A stretch of 64,000 nucleotides of DNA from an uncultured virus (IMG/VR IMGVR_UViG_3300025121_000017) (lineage: Duplodnaviria > Heunggongvirae > Uroviricota > Caudoviricetes), in IMG/VR virus record IMGVR_UViG_3300025121_000017, one strand, 5' to 3'. Shown here one piece after another: positions 47,061 through 57,741 of the stretch. Every line of letters begins with the position of its first letter. The stretch's first letter is position 1. The notes beneath the pieces were generated by a model, which saw only the letters and a list, made by a program, of their open reading frames with translations, was not told the origin of the DNA and ran no database searches. A program made the translations under genes and the position numbers.

Positions 47061-47094
47061 GTCATTGACATTTAAACGGTTCATTCAGTATATT
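47061..47094 (+). promoter_or_regulatory. GTCATTGACA-class promoter
   Basis: GTCATTGACA-18-TATATT. Confidence 0.7.
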
Positions 47095-47123
47095 TTAATC
47101 TCACCTGAACGCGGAGAAATGTC

Positions 47124-47477
47124 ATGTCCGTTACGCTGCGCTTTCCTTTCTACGTTGAAGACGCTGAGTGCGAGATCCATTGCACCTACACTCCGGGGAG
47201 CCCAGGCAAGCTCTACGGACCGCCGGAGGATTGCTACCCGCCGACTCCGGCGGAGATGGAGTTCATATCGGCGACGTGTGGCGGTGTTCGGTTCGACACG
47301 CCTGACAAGTTCGCTGTCTGGGCCAGTCAACAGCGCGACGAAGCGACGCCTACTGAGACTCTGCTTCTGCAAATCGCTGAGCTGGCGGAGCGGGAGTACG
47401 CAGACACGTGCGAGGCCGCACAGGATGACGAAGATGATCGTCGCGCAGAGATGCGCAGAGAGCTGAGCGAAGATTAA
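47124..47477 (+). CDS. hypothetical acidic protein
   Basis: GGAG RBS; YGPPEDCYP motif. Confidence 0.65.
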   Translation: MSVTLRFPFYVEDAECEIHCTYTPGSPGKLYGPPEDCYPPTPAEMEFISATCGGVRFDTPDKFAVWASQQRDEATPTETLLLQIAELAEREYADTCEAAQDDEDDRRAEMRRELSED

Positions 47478-47483
47478 CGCTAC

Positions 47484-47801
47484 GTGCCGCGGAAGATGGG
47501 GGATGCTATGCGAACAGGCTGGGCATTCGACGAGAACACTGAGAGCTGGACGTTCGAGGCAGTTGATGCGTGGAGGCTCCGCGTGGACGTAACGCGGCAA
47601 GACATTCAGTTTCTGTCGCCGAGCGAGAGTTGGGAAGTGGATGTCGACGACGTTGACGTGAACGTCCTTGGCGAGAGCCAAGGGCACTGGAGCACGCACG
47701 CAGTGAAGGTGTACATCCCGATCCTCTTGCTGTGCGAGTTCGTTCACGCGCACGAGGCTCGGACGCGTGGACAGCTAGAGGAGTGGCTCCGCGGGGTGTG
47801 A
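47484..47801 (+). CDS. hypothetical acidic protein
   Basis: Operon tiling; start uncertain. Confidence 0.55.
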   Translation: MPRKMGDAMRTGWAFDENTESWTFEAVDAWRLRVDVTRQDIQFLSPSESWEVDVDDVDVNVLGESQGHWSTHAVKVYIPILLLCEFVHAHEARTRGQLEEWLRGV

Positions 47802-47838
47802 CAGCTTCGCCGACACGCAGGGAGTCGCGAAGTATCGT

Positions 47839-48285
47839 GTGGGCAGAGAACATGTGAAGTTAACCAAGGAGATGACCGTGAACGCGACTGAAGTCCACGA
47901 CACTTTAGTGTCATGCCTGTACACGAATGAGGAGATTGACGCGTGCCTCGCTGAAGGCCTCGACGTGCCGAAAGACGCGATCGTCGTTGACGGGATAATG
48001 CGCGCCTTCGGCTTCCACCCGGCGCGACTCGAGGCCGCGCGTCCGCAGGTGAAGGCCTGGATCAAAGAAATGGATCCGGCTTTCCTCACGAGCGGTGGAG
48101 GCGGAATGAGCTTCCTCAACCTTTGCATGCTTGCGGACGGCACGCATTGGGCGGAGCACCCGACATGTGAAGCGTTCGTGGTCCTCGCCTTCGGGCTCAA
48201 GTTGGGCAGCTTTCCGATGCCGCGGGAGATGTGGAAGGTGCTGCCTGGGCAGATGCCATATGTTACGTTGGTGGACGCGGAATGA
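47839..48285 (+). CDS. hypothetical protein
   Basis: FGFHP.RLE...GGGMSFLNLC; start uncertain. Confidence 0.65.
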   Translation: MGREHVKLTKEMTVNATEVHDTLVSCLYTNEEIDACLAEGLDVPKDAIVVDGIMRAFGFHPARLEAARPQVKAWIKEMDPAFLTSGGGGMSFLNLCMLADGTHWAEHPTCEAFVVLAFGLKLGSFPMPREMWKVLPGQMPYVTLVDAE

Positions 48286-48574
48286 TTACGAAGACTGAAG
48301 ACTTCACGGCAGAGTGGGACGAGACCTACGAGTGCTACGGTCCGTTGACCGTGACCTTGCCTCGCCCTACTCCTCCGCGGGATGCCGATGGGCGGCTGAC
48401 TTGTGGGGTGAATGGGTTACCGCTGGCAGCGCCGATGATTGAGTGTATGGTGCCTCCTGTCTATATTCGGGAGCAGCCGCTGCTTGTGCTCGAGTTGACA
48501 GAAGGCTGGAACGTCTCTTAGGTAGAGCGGGTTGCTCTTTAACGCTATGGTGACTGGATTGGAGAATCGATCCG

Positions 48575-49087
48575 ATGCCTGACTCAACATCCTGGTCCTA
48601 CTACCTGCCCAATATCCAGTACGGCGGCTGGGCGCAAATCATCCTCACGCGAAACGGCATGTTCGCTGCGGTATCGGACTTCGGCAACTATGCCTACGCC
48701 TGGCGCAGCCACGGCTACGACGACTTTCGTCAGTTCGTCGCTGGGCTGGCGCGAGACCCTGACTATTTCGTCTGCAAGGTGGCCCCAAAGCAAGAATACG
48801 ACGGCGAGGCGACGCTGCGCGCCATACGAGAGCACATCCTCGAGTATCGCGCCGATAACGGGTATACGCGTCAGTTTGCGCGCGAGGAGTGGGACCGCCT
48901 TGAGCTCTACGAGCTGGAGGACGCGTCCGGCTTCAGTGAGTGGCGCAGGGCGACGGCGATCCTTGACGCGTATGAGTTCGCGTGTAGCCGGCCCGACCCG
49001 GATGCTGTAGCGTTCGCGGGGCAGGTGCTGCCCAGGCTGCGTGATGTGCTGATCTGGCAGATGTGGGGTGAGTCGTGCGCACCTTGA
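48575..49087 (+). CDS. hypothetical protein
   Basis: GGAG RBS; SDFGNYAY.W motif. Confidence 0.65.
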   Translation: MPDSTSWSYYLPNIQYGGWAQIILTRNGMFAAVSDFGNYAYAWRSHGYDDFRQFVAGLARDPDYFVCKVAPKQEYDGEATLRAIREHILEYRADNGYTRQFAREEWDRLELYELEDASGFSEWRRATAILDAYEFACSRPDPDAVAFAGQVLPRLRDVLIWQMWGESCAP

Positions 49088-49252
49088 GCTACCTCTACGA
49101 GTACGATCCGGCTCGAGGCGTCCTGGTGCCGCGGCGTTGGTACCGCACGCGTCCAGGGCTCCTTTGGCCCTGGCTGGTGTTGGGTAGTCTGGCTTTCAAT
49201 GCTGGTATGATGCTGTTGCAGCGGATCTGGTAGCCTGGCCTTCACTTCTTCC

Positions 49253-49281
49253 ATGACAGCGTACACTTCTCGTGCTAAACT
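49253..49281 (+). promoter_or_regulatory. sigma70-type promoter of the polyprotein cluster
   Basis: ATGACA-17-TAAACT. Confidence 0.5.
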
Positions 49282-49317
49282 CAGCTATTCCGCCGCACAC
49301 GCTGAGGACGCTCTCTC

Positions 49318-52300
49318 ATGGCACAGTCTACCGACACACAGCCTGGGCAACACTGGATTACTGTCCGGGGCCACCATATTCAGATCGACGAGTCTGGGAA
49401 GATTTTGAAGGGCGGCAACAAGCTCGGGCTGAAGCGTCTTGAGAAGCCTTTGAGCGACCGACAAAAAGAAACGCTGCGAAAGGATAAAGAGCTCAAAGCG
49501 TTATACGACAACGATACGACGCGGCACGCTTTTACCGAAAACGGGACCAGCACGATGTGGGGGCGCCACCCCACGAAATTCTACGATTACTTGTTAGAGG
49601 AGGATCCTGAGCTCCATGCGTACGTGGACGAAACGCACTCAGCGGTCAACCGTCGTTTAGCCGACCCGAAGCGCATTCAGGAGCAGGCGCATCGTGCAGC
49701 TGAGGAACGGTATGAAGCTCAGGGACACGCCCCGGACCACGACGAAGCGCCCGCGAAATTGCGCGGTAAAAAGGTGTGGCTCTACCACGGTACGTCCGGA
49801 AAGTTTCACGACGATGTAATGGCAGAAGGCCTACGCATTAAACGTGGCGTGCGCAGCAACCCCGGCACCTCAGGCTCCAACGTCAGCGCTAGCCCCCATA
49901 TCAAGCTCACGTCTAACCCAGCGCAAGCGCACAAGTACGCGAGTTACGCCTCCAATAAACATGGAGGCGACCCAACAGTCTATCGAGTGTTGGTGGACGG
50001 AGATGACCTGGCTTGGGATACTGACGACGCTGATATCAAAAGCGGGCGCGAGCAGTACGCAACCTCACATGTTCGCCCAGATCAACTTATGGAAGTGAAC
50101 GGCGAGCGCATTCGCCCGATGGAAAAGGGCCTGCCTCACGACGTCAGCGCCGAGAAACGTGACCACGGCAAGTTCACCTCCGGCGCGAGCGTCCCCGGCG
50201 ACGCTCACCAGCTCACCTCCGATGTCCGTTCCTGGATCGCTGACCAGGGCAATGCCACCCACAAGCTCCTCAAGCCAGAGTACCGCCGCAAGGTGGAGGC
50301 TGGGGCCGTTCCTACCACCGGACACTGCTACGGGGCGAGCGAGGCGGTCTGGCACGCCACCGGAGGCGAGAAGCGCAGCCCCTGGCAGGCGCACGTCGTC
50401 CGGCACGAGGGCGGGACTCACTGGTTCTTGAAGCACAAGCAGTCTGGGGAGGTGCTGGACCCGACGCATGATCAGTTTGCGTCACCTGTCTCGTACCAGA
50501 GCGGCAAGGCCTGCGGATTTCTCACGCGAGTGCCGAGCCAGCACGCGCAGGCGATTTTGCGTGGAGTCGGTAGGGGTGACGCGATTGAGGCGGCAAAGGA
50601 GCATGCGGCGACCGTGCCATCGAAGTTTGCTGTAGCGAAGGCGAAACGCGCCGAAACGGAGCTGGCCAAGGGTGACGCGCACGACGTCTCCACTGAGAAA
50701 CGCGACGCCGACGGTCGTTGGACTCGAGACGGCTCAGCGCCTGTAAAGAGCCGCCGCAACCTCCTCGCCAACGCTATCACGGCTGATCTCCACGCCAACG
50801 GGGCTGTTAACCTCCTCGGGCGCAGTGTACCTAACGCGGACGCGCTCGCTAAGCTGTGCCAGGTGTTCCGCAACCCGTCTTACGAGACGCTTCGCTACGT
50901 CTTCGTGCGCCGCGGCAAGATCGTTGGAATGACCGGCGTGAGCTCACGCCTGCCTTCGCACGCGCGAGTCTTCCCCGTTGGGGATAAAGAAGGCGGTGGC
51001 TGGCTACGCTCGCATATGCAGAACTGCGACGCTGACGGCTATTACATGCTGCACAACCACCCGTCCGGGAACCCTACACCATCGCGTGCAGACCTTGCAA
51101 CGACACAGTATCTCGCTGCCTCCGTCCCAGGGTGTAAAGGGCATCTCGTCATCGATCACACCAAGTATTCCGTAATCTCGAAGGACGGGCAGGACTATGA
51201 GACTCTGGCCCTGGAGCGGGACGGGAGCCCTGATAACTTGCACGTACCGTCCGTTCCCCACCCGCTTTTGGGGAAACGCATCGCGGAGCCGGCAGACTTG
51301 GCCGCAATCGGGCTCAGCCTGGAGACTTCGGACAATTACGCAGTTTTAGTCGGGATTTCAGCTACGGGGCACGTGCGTGGATTGATGGAGGTGAGCAACG
51401 ACGTGCTCACCCACCCCGTGCGTGGCCTCGCCGCGGTGCGTGCATTTTCCCGCCAGTGTGGCTCAGCCTCCGTCTCAGCCGTCGTTCCTAAGAGCTTCGT
51501 GGACGAGCCTGAGCTTCGCGGACGGGGTGCGTTGTTAATCAGAAACGGGTCCCTGGTGGACGTCGTTACTCCCGAAGGTGATTCGTTGTTTGCCTCAGGG
51601 GAGCGCCCGGGTTACGGAATGCTTCACGGCAAGCCAGAACAGAAGATGCAAGCGCGAGAAGTGGACACCGTCGGGCATCGCGCAGCAGAGATGGCCAAGG
51701 GCGCCCCTCACGACACCTCCGATGAGAAACGCGACAAAGGCGGGAAATTCTCCGCCGTGGAGGGGCGCACCGGCGCAGCCACTCAGGCGGACGTGGACTC
51801 CTGGATCCACGATCAGGGCGCTATTCACATTCCCGGAGGCCACGACAAACGGCACGACGCCCACGTCCGCGTGATGGAGCGTAAGCCTGGTCACGTCCGG
51901 GTGAACTACGCGGATTACGACGCGGGCGGTGTGTGGATGCCGGAAGCGTCGCTGAAACACTTTGTCAATGATCTCTCTGGGCACGTGGACGGCAAGGCGG
52001 ACTCTGGGGATAAGCACGTGGACGCGGTGCTGAGAGGAGAAGGGCAGTACCTGGGGCGCGGGGACGACGGACTAGCTTTTCGCGTCGGCGACAAAGTGGT
52101 CAAGGTGAGCTCTACCGTGCCGTTTCAGCCCATGAACGAGGGGCATCGCAGCCCGGAGCAGGCCCGGGACCGACTGCTCGAGCAGGCACGGAATCACAAC
52201 GCCCTGCACGCAGCGGGTATCCCGGGCGTTGCCCCAGTGCGGACGCTTGTGCACGGGGACAAGGCGTTCCAGATTCAACAGCACTACGACACTACGACGA

Positions 52301-55300
52301 AGCTTTCTCGCGCGCAGGTGGAGCAGGTGCGGGACTCGGTCGCAGCCATGCACCAGGCTGGCTGGCACGTGCGTGACCAGGTCCAAGTTGGAGTCGATAA
52401 GGACGGCCAGATTCAGCACTATGACCTCGGGAAGGCACATCGGCTCCCAGAGGAAGGACAGGCCGCGAAATGGGCGCGCGAAGATGACGTGGACCACGTC
52501 AAGATGCTGATGAAGGACCACGGGCACGAGCCGCTCTCGATGTACTCGCCCTGGGCCACTAAGACGCAGGAAGACGTCGACAACATGTGGACAATGACAG
52601 GCGAGAATCTGTCTGACGATGAGCTGCGTGACATGTTCCAGAAGCACCCGGATCTCGAGGAGACTGAGCTGGAAGACGCAAAGGCTGCGCGGGACGCTCA
52701 CGCGCATGTGATCATGCGCGACAAACGCCCGTACAAAGAGCTGAGTGAAATGCAAGGGCGCTACTTCAAGTTTAAGAAACGCATACAGGCAGCTGCGCAG
52801 TACGCGCGGGAGAACACAATGGAAAAAGGCGCAGACTTCGCCCAAGACACCTTCCCAGCCACGTCTGGGCGCAAGCCAACGGAGCGAGCGATGCGCGCTG
52901 CACCGAGCATGTTCACCCTCGCACAACAGGCACTAGATATACTCCCAATGGAGGCCGGCGCGCGTTCTCCTGGCCAGCTCATGCACGAGATGGCGTTGGC
53001 GTCACGCGCCATGGACAAGGGCACCGACGGCAAACAGCGCTTTATCACCCTCGGCGAGGGAGAAGATCGCCACGTCGTGCCTGTCGGCCCGGATGGCAAG
53101 CTGCAGGGCGACCCGCCTCTGTCCGTGATGCACAAGATCCACGCCGGGACGACGGACGCGGGCAAGAAAGCCGAGTGGGCGCGGAAGATCGCGGAGCACG
53201 CGGATACGCCGAAGCCTGTGGCCGAAGAGAAGCGGCCCCTCGAGCGCATGCGCGAGATCGTGGCCGAGCGCACGGAGAAGCCGCAGCCCGTCCGAGCAGG
53301 TGACGCTAAGGAAGGCGATCTGTACACGACGGTGCCAGGCGGGCACGAGGTGAAAATCGGGAAGAGGACCAAAGACGGTGGTGTCATGGTTACCCGGACG
53401 AAGGATAAGAAGGAAGTGAGGGTGGCGGAGGGGCAGATGCTGGCGGCTAAGCCCGCAGCTGAGCCGCAGACGCAGCAGCCGGTGGAGTCGAAAGAGCCTT
53501 CTGTGGCGGAGCGGGAAGAGGAACGTGTCGCGAAGCCTGAGCCGAAGCCCGAGCCGGGTTCTTCTCTTCAGGACATGTCCGACCAAGAGCTGATAGCCGC
53601 GTTTCATCCCGCACGCAATGCCTTCGGTCCGGGAGGCCCCGCGGCTCAGAGCAGAGAAGCGTGGGCCGACGCGGAGAAGCATATTAATGCGCTACGCGCT
53701 GAGGGGATTCAACGCGACATGAACCTGGAGCGGAGCAAGAGCCCGCCGCGCAGCCCAGAGCAAATTAAGAAAGAGATGGCGAAACTGCAAGTGAGACTCG
53801 ACCGCGTTAACGCGCGGGGGCAGGACGGGTCCGGCGAATATAAACACCTGTCACGCGCGCAAGCCACCACGCGGGCCGCGCAGGGCGGGCAGCTCGCTGC
53901 GGGGCTGGCGCCCCTTCGTGACGAACTGTACCGAGCGGAGCATCCGGAAGAGCACATTGAGGGGGCCTACACCGCGCCGATACAGGGTCCCAACGGGCAG
54001 GACTTGTGGCAGTGGGCTCCTAGGCACCTGGGCTCGCTCTCGCCGGAGATGGCGGAGAAGTACCCGTACGAGGTGGTCAAGGCAATCGCTCGAGGCGAGG
54101 GCGGCGTCCAGGAATTGATTGCGACGACGCCGGGCGTCTTAGCTGCGCTGGAGAAGTTTAAGCGCCGCGTGGGAGACACGCAGGCCGTGCGGGAAGTAGA
54201 GGAGAGGATCAAGGCTGCAATGCCGAAAGAGCCCCCTGTGCCAGAGCGGAAAGAGGAGGTCGCAGCGAAGCCTGAGCCGAAGCCTGCATCGCGTCCAGCA
54301 CCCGAAAAGACCCGCGCGAAGCTTCAAGCACTCGCCAAGCCTGAACAGGAGGCCGAAAGTGTCCTAGATGAACGTTCCGGGCGTCGCGTCCACGACGACG
54401 TAGGCGAAAAGATTGGCGGGGCGCGAAAGGACAAGTGGGCTGAAGTGCATGCGGGCAACATCGATGCTCTGGAGGCGGAGGGGTCAGGTGAGGCTTTTAA
54501 GCATGTTACCAAGGAGAAGGTCTTAGGGCGACACGATCCGGCGAACGACCGCATGCTCGGCAGTACACCCGGGGCATCTTACGTCAAGCGCGCCATATAT
54601 GCCGCTATCGGAGCGCGTCCGTCGATGCCGGAGACAACGAGCAACATGCGTCAGGTAGAGCCGCTGGTGCAGCGGCTGTTCCCAGGCGAGAAGTTCACCG
54701 CAGACTCGCCGCTGGCGCGGTCGCTCTACATCTCTGGTATTGACCGCATCAAGAAGGGGTTAGACGCCTGCCAGACAGTAGCTGACGTGGAGCGATTCCT
54801 GGACGATTGGAAGGATGAGCACAAAGGCAAGTGGCAGAGCGAGGAACGAGTCACGGCTGAGATGGGCGCGGACTTGGAAAAACGTTACCCAGCTGAATGG
54901 AGCGCTGGGTACAGCTATGTCTTCGCAGACGGGCAAAAGTACAAGGTATCTGACGCGGCACTTCAGCGCGATGGTTACCGAATCGGGTATCGTACCGAGA
55001 ACGACAAAACCGTGTCTGTGCTGCGAAAAGATGCCGAAGATCTTGCGACACGGTACCGTCCGATATTCGAGAGCGCGGTGCTTGGAAAACGGTGGCATGA
55101 AGGTGTGCTGAAATCCTTTAAAGGCGCGTTCGGTGACACACTTCGAGAGGCCCGCCGCCGCGAGACTGACGACGCACATTGGGCTACAGCGTATCCGGAG
55201 TGGGCAGGTGGCGAGGCAGAACGCGCCACTCGTGAGCGAGATCCTGTGCAGAAATATGTCGTTACACGCGCTGGCGGTGTCCCAGAGCGCGTGGGTGGGA

Positions 55301-56328
55301 CGCCGATTCCGTCCAGTGTGACCGGGGACGCGTTGATGGACCGCTTCGGGCTGCGCGCGGTGGAATACGGTAACTGGGTCAACGACGCGGACGCTGGTAA
55401 ACATCTGCACCACGCCTACGGGGCGCTTACAGACCTGGCCGGGCTGCTAGGTGCCGATCCGAAAGATGTTGCAAGTAATGGCAAGCTGGCGCTTGCGTTC
55501 GGTGCTCGAGGCTCTGGGCACGCCATGGCGCACTATGAGCCCGATCGGCGCGTTATTAACCTGACACATACACGCGGCGGTGGCACACTTAGTCACGAGT
55601 GGGCGCATGCGCTTGACCATGCGTTAACGGAGCACGGATTCACCGTAGAGAAACGTTTTACGCGACGCGGCACATTCGCGTCGCACGGGGAAGCCCCGAA
55701 GCTCCACTCGGACACGCAGCGCGCTTTCCAGGAGGCGATGAAAGCGATTGCCGCGCCATCTGAGCTGTCTCCGCAAGGACGCGAAGAGCTAGAGCGTCGC
55801 AAAGCAGAGGTCCAGGCCCTGTACCCGAAATGGGACAAGGAACGTGGGCACGAGGTTTACAAGCAGGACACCGCCCGGTACAATGCAGCGGCGAAATCAT
55901 TCAACAGCTGGTCAAAAGAGCATCTTCACGACCAGAAGCGCTCTAAGTTTGCAAGTGACGCTGCCAAGATGGGCGACTACTGGGAACGTCCGCATGAGAT
56001 GTTTGCCAGGGCATTTGAATCGTGGGCTGAGGATCGGCTGGCACAGCGCGGGCAGAAGAACACGTACCTGGTGACGGGTACAGCTCAAAAGTACCGATGG
56101 GCCAAGAAGGATAAAGACGGGATGACATGGGAAGATCTCGAGCCATACCCGCATGGCGAGGAGCGGAAGCGCATCCACGGCGCGATCGACAAGCTCGTTG
56201 AGACACTGGCCAGGACGGGCGATATGAAGAAGGGCCTCGAACGGCTCGCCGAGCGCAGCACGGCTCCGTCTCGACGTACTTTTGCTGAGATGCTGCGCAG
56301 GAGTCATCCGCAGCTCTCATTAAGGTAG
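49318..56328 (+). CDS. 2336-aa polyvalent protein: ART-like, papain-like, JAB/MPN, kinase-like, LPD1-like zincin
   Basis: LYHGT..GL (49783); GHCY..THW..DPT (50326-50460); HNHPSG..PS.AD (51052); YLGRG..VVK..YDLG (52045-52440); DVGEKIGGARKD (54397); VEYGNW..HEWAH..EMFARAFE (55340-56030). Confidence 0.85.
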   Translation: MAQSTDTQPGQHWITVRGHHIQIDESGKILKGGNKLGLKRLEKPLSDRQKETLRKDKELKALYDNDTTRHAFTENGTSTMWGRHPTKFYDYLLEEDPELHAYVDETHSAVNRRLADPKRIQEQAHRAAEERYEAQGHAPDHDEAPAKLRGKKVWLYHGTSGKFHDDVMAEGLRIKRGVRSNPGTSGSNVSASPHIKLTSNPAQAHKYASYASNKHGGDPTVYRVLVDGDDLAWDTDDADIKSGREQYATSHVRPDQLMEVNGERIRPMEKGLPHDVSAEKRDHGKFTSGASVPGDAHQLTSDVRSWIADQGNATHKLLKPEYRRKVEAGAVPTTGHCYGASEAVWHATGGEKRSPWQAHVVRHEGGTHWFLKHKQSGEVLDPTHDQFASPVSYQSGKACGFLTRVPSQHAQAILRGVGRGDAIEAAKEHAATVPSKFAVAKAKRAETELAKGDAHDVSTEKRDADGRWTRDGSAPVKSRRNLLANAITADLHANGAVNLLGRSVPNADALAKLCQVFRNPSYETLRYVFVRRGKIVGMTGVSSRLPSHARVFPVGDKEGGGWLRSHMQNCDADGYYMLHNHPSGNPTPSRADLATTQYLAASVPGCKGHLVIDHTKYSVISKDGQDYETLALERDGSPDNLHVPSVPHPLLGKRIAEPADLAAIGLSLETSDNYAVLVGISATGHVRGLMEVSNDVLTHPVRGLAAVRAFSRQCGSASVSAVVPKSFVDEPELRGRGALLIRNGSLVDVVTPEGDSLFASGERPGYGMLHGKPEQKMQAREVDTVGHRAAEMAKGAPHDTSDEKRDKGGKFSAVEGRTGAATQADVDSWIHDQGAIHIPGGHDKRHDAHVRVMERKPGHVRVNYADYDAGGVWMPEASLKHFVNDLSGHVDGKADSGDKHVDAVLRGEGQYLGRGDDGLAFRVGDKVVKVSSTVPFQPMNEGHRSPEQARDRLLEQARNHNALHAAGIPGVAPVRTLVHGDKAFQIQQHYDTTTKLSRAQVEQVRDSVAAMHQAGWHVRDQVQVGVDKDGQIQHYDLGKAHRLPEEGQAAKWAREDDVDHVKMLMKDHGHEPLSMYSPWATKTQEDVDNMWTMTGENLSDDELRDMFQKHPDLEETELEDAKAARDAHAHVIMRDKRPYKELSEMQGRYFKFKKRIQAAAQYARENTMEKGADFAQDTFPATSGRKPTERAMRAAPSMFTLAQQALDILPMEAGARSPGQLMHEMALASRAMDKGTDGKQRFITLGEGEDRHVVPVGPDGKLQGDPPLSVMHKIHAGTTDAGKKAEWARKIAEHADTPKPVAEEKRPLERMREIVAERTEKPQPVRAGDAKEGDLYTTVPGGHEVKIGKRTKDGGVMVTRTKDKKEVRVAEGQMLAAKPAAEPQTQQPVESKEPSVAEREEERVAKPEPKPEPGSSLQDMSDQELIAAFHPARNAFGPGGPAAQSREAWADAEKHINALRAEGIQRDMNLERSKSPPRSPEQIKKEMAKLQVRLDRVNARGQDGSGEYKHLSRAQATTRAAQGGQLAAGLAPLRDELYRAEHPEEHIEGAYTAPIQGPNGQDLWQWAPRHLGSLSPEMAEKYPYEVVKAIARGEGGVQELIATTPGVLAALEKFKRRVGDTQAVREVEERIKAAMPKEPPVPERKEEVAAKPEPKPASRPAPEKTRAKLQALAKPEQEAESVLDERSGRRVHDDVGEKIGGARKDKWAEVHAGNIDALEAEGSGEAFKHVTKEKVLGRHDPANDRMLGSTPGASYVKRAIYAAIGARPSMPETTSNMRQVEPLVQRLFPGEKFTADSPLARSLYISGIDRIKKGLDACQTVADVERFLDDWKDEHKGKWQSEERVTAEMGADLEKRYPAEWSAGYSYVFADGQKYKVSDAALQRDGYRIGYRTENDKTVSVLRKDAEDLATRYRPIFESAVLGKRWHEGVLKSFKGAFGDTLREARRRETDDAHWATAYPEWAGGEAERATRERDPVQKYVVTRAGGVPERVGGTPIPSSVTGDALMDRFGLRAVEYGNWVNDADAGKHLHHAYGALTDLAGLLGADPKDVASNGKLALAFGARGSGHAMAHYEPDRRVINLTHTRGGGTLSHEWAHALDHALTEHGFTVEKRFTRRGTFASHGEAPKLHSDTQRAFQEAMKAIAAPSELSPQGREELERRKAEVQALYPKWDKERGHEVYKQDTARYNAAAKSFNSWSKEHLHDQKRSKFASDAAKMGDYWERPHEMFARAFESWAEDRLAQRGQKNTYLVTGTAQKYRWAKKDKDGMTWEDLEPYPHGEERKRIHGAIDKLVETLARTGDMKKGLERLAERSTAPSRRTFAEMLRRSHPQLSLR

Positions 56329-56338
56329 GCACATACCT

Positions 56339-57581
56339 GCAAACACTGGTATAATGCACACGTCGTAGTTATCTGAGGTGTCATGATCCGCGCCCACAAA
56401 ATCCGCCTCAATCCCACCCCCGATCAGGAAGTCTACTTTCGCAAGGCCTGCGGCATCGCTCGGTTCGCATTCAACTGGATGCGCGCAAAGTGGGAGGAAG
56501 ACTTCAAGTCGGGAGGCAAGCCGTCCGCGCTGGCTCTGGTCAAGGATCTACGTGCAGTGAAAGCCGATCATTTCCCGTGGATAGCGGAGGTGACGAAATG
56601 CGCCTTGGACGGGGCCAGGATTGATCTGGGATCCGCCTTCTCAAACTTCTTTCGAGAAGCCAAGTCCGGCAAAGTAGGTTATCCCAAATTCAAGTCAAAG
56701 CATCGATCCAAGCCTGCCTTCTACTTGGCGAACGACAAGTTTTCAGTCGATGCCCATACCTTGCACGCTCCCAAGCTCGGCCCGGTCAACATGACCGAAC
56801 CTCTCCGCTTTGTTGGCAAGATCCTCTCCGGGCGGATCAGCTTTAAATCCGGCTACTGGTGGGTATCGATCCAGGTTGAGTTACCCGATCCTGCTCCCGT
56901 ACCTCATACGGGTCCAGCGATCGGAATCGACCTCGGCTTGAAAGAACTGGCAGTTTGCTCGGACGGGAGACGGTTCCCGAATCCAAGGCACTTCCATGCT
57001 GGTCTGAGGAAGATAAAATCTCTGTCTCGCTCCCTAAGCAGGAAAGTTCAGGGCAGCGCGAACTGGCTGAAAGCCAAGGCCAAGCTCGCGCGTGCCCATT
57101 ATCGGATCGCCTGCAGGAGATCCGATGCGATCCATAAGACGACGACTGATCTCGCAAAGGGAGCAAGCTTGATCGGACTGGAAAGTCTCAATGTCTGCGG
57201 TATGATGCAGAACAAGAGACTGGCTCGGTCGATCTCGGACGCTGTCTGGGGTGAGATCAAGCGCCAGCTCGGCTATAAAGCCCCCGATCGGTGCGTGCAG
57301 ATCGATCGATGGTTCCCCTCGAGCAGATTGTGTAGGTTCTGCGGCACGATCAACGCGGATCTCACGCTGGCGGACCGAACCTGGACATGCACCTGCGGGG
57401 CCGTCCACGATCGCGACTTGAACGCTTCAATCAACATCAGGGATGAAGCGATCCGAATTTTGAACCGAGTCCCGGTTATGGCTATGTCGGGACTTTAATA
57501 CGCCTGTGGAGGGATCAGTGCACTGGGCTGACTCGAGGAAGCAGGAATTGATGCATACTTTTGGGTATGTAGAGAGTAGCA
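56339..57581 (+). mobile_element. solo TnpB locus 2
   Basis: Paralogous to 28797-30037 with the same boundaries of similarity. Confidence 0.75.
56383..57498 (+). CDS. tnpB: RNA-guided endonuclease TnpB
   Basis: GIDLG, LESL, DRDLNAS intact; Zn finger. Confidence 0.95.
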   Translation: MIRAHKIRLNPTPDQEVYFRKACGIARFAFNWMRAKWEEDFKSGGKPSALALVKDLRAVKADHFPWIAEVTKCALDGARIDLGSAFSNFFREAKSGKVGYPKFKSKHRSKPAFYLANDKFSVDAHTLHAPKLGPVNMTEPLRFVGKILSGRISFKSGYWWVSIQVELPDPAPVPHTGPAIGIDLGLKELAVCSDGRRFPNPRHFHAGLRKIKSLSRSLSRKVQGSANWLKAKAKLARAHYRIACRRSDAIHKTTTDLAKGASLIGLESLNVCGMMQNKRLARSISDAVWGEIKRQLGYKAPDRCVQIDRWFPSSRLCRFCGTINADLTLADRTWTCTCGAVHDRDLNASINIRDEAIRILNRVPVMAMSGL

Positions 57582-57601
57582 AACGGAGAAGGCGCGCAGC
57601 G
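57469..57601 (+). ncRNA. omega-RNA 3' scaffold plus predicted guide
   Basis: Same hairpins as locus 1; diverges after AGTAGCA. Confidence 0.65.
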
Positions 57602-57741
57602 AGAAACTGCATAAGGTGGAGGAACTCGTAGCGCTTAGAAAGGGGAAGGAGATGGAGAAGGGCCTTGGTCGCCTCGCTGAGCGCAGCGCGTCTTCGTCTC
57701 GTCTCACATTCGCTGAATTGCTGTACAGGAGATCCGCATGA
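57580..57741 (+). pseudogene. orphan 3' end of a polyprotein gene
   Basis: MEKGLGRLAERSASSSRLTFAELLYR matches the C-terminus of the 49318 product at 18 of 26 aa; stop overlaps ATG 57738. Confidence 0.65.
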
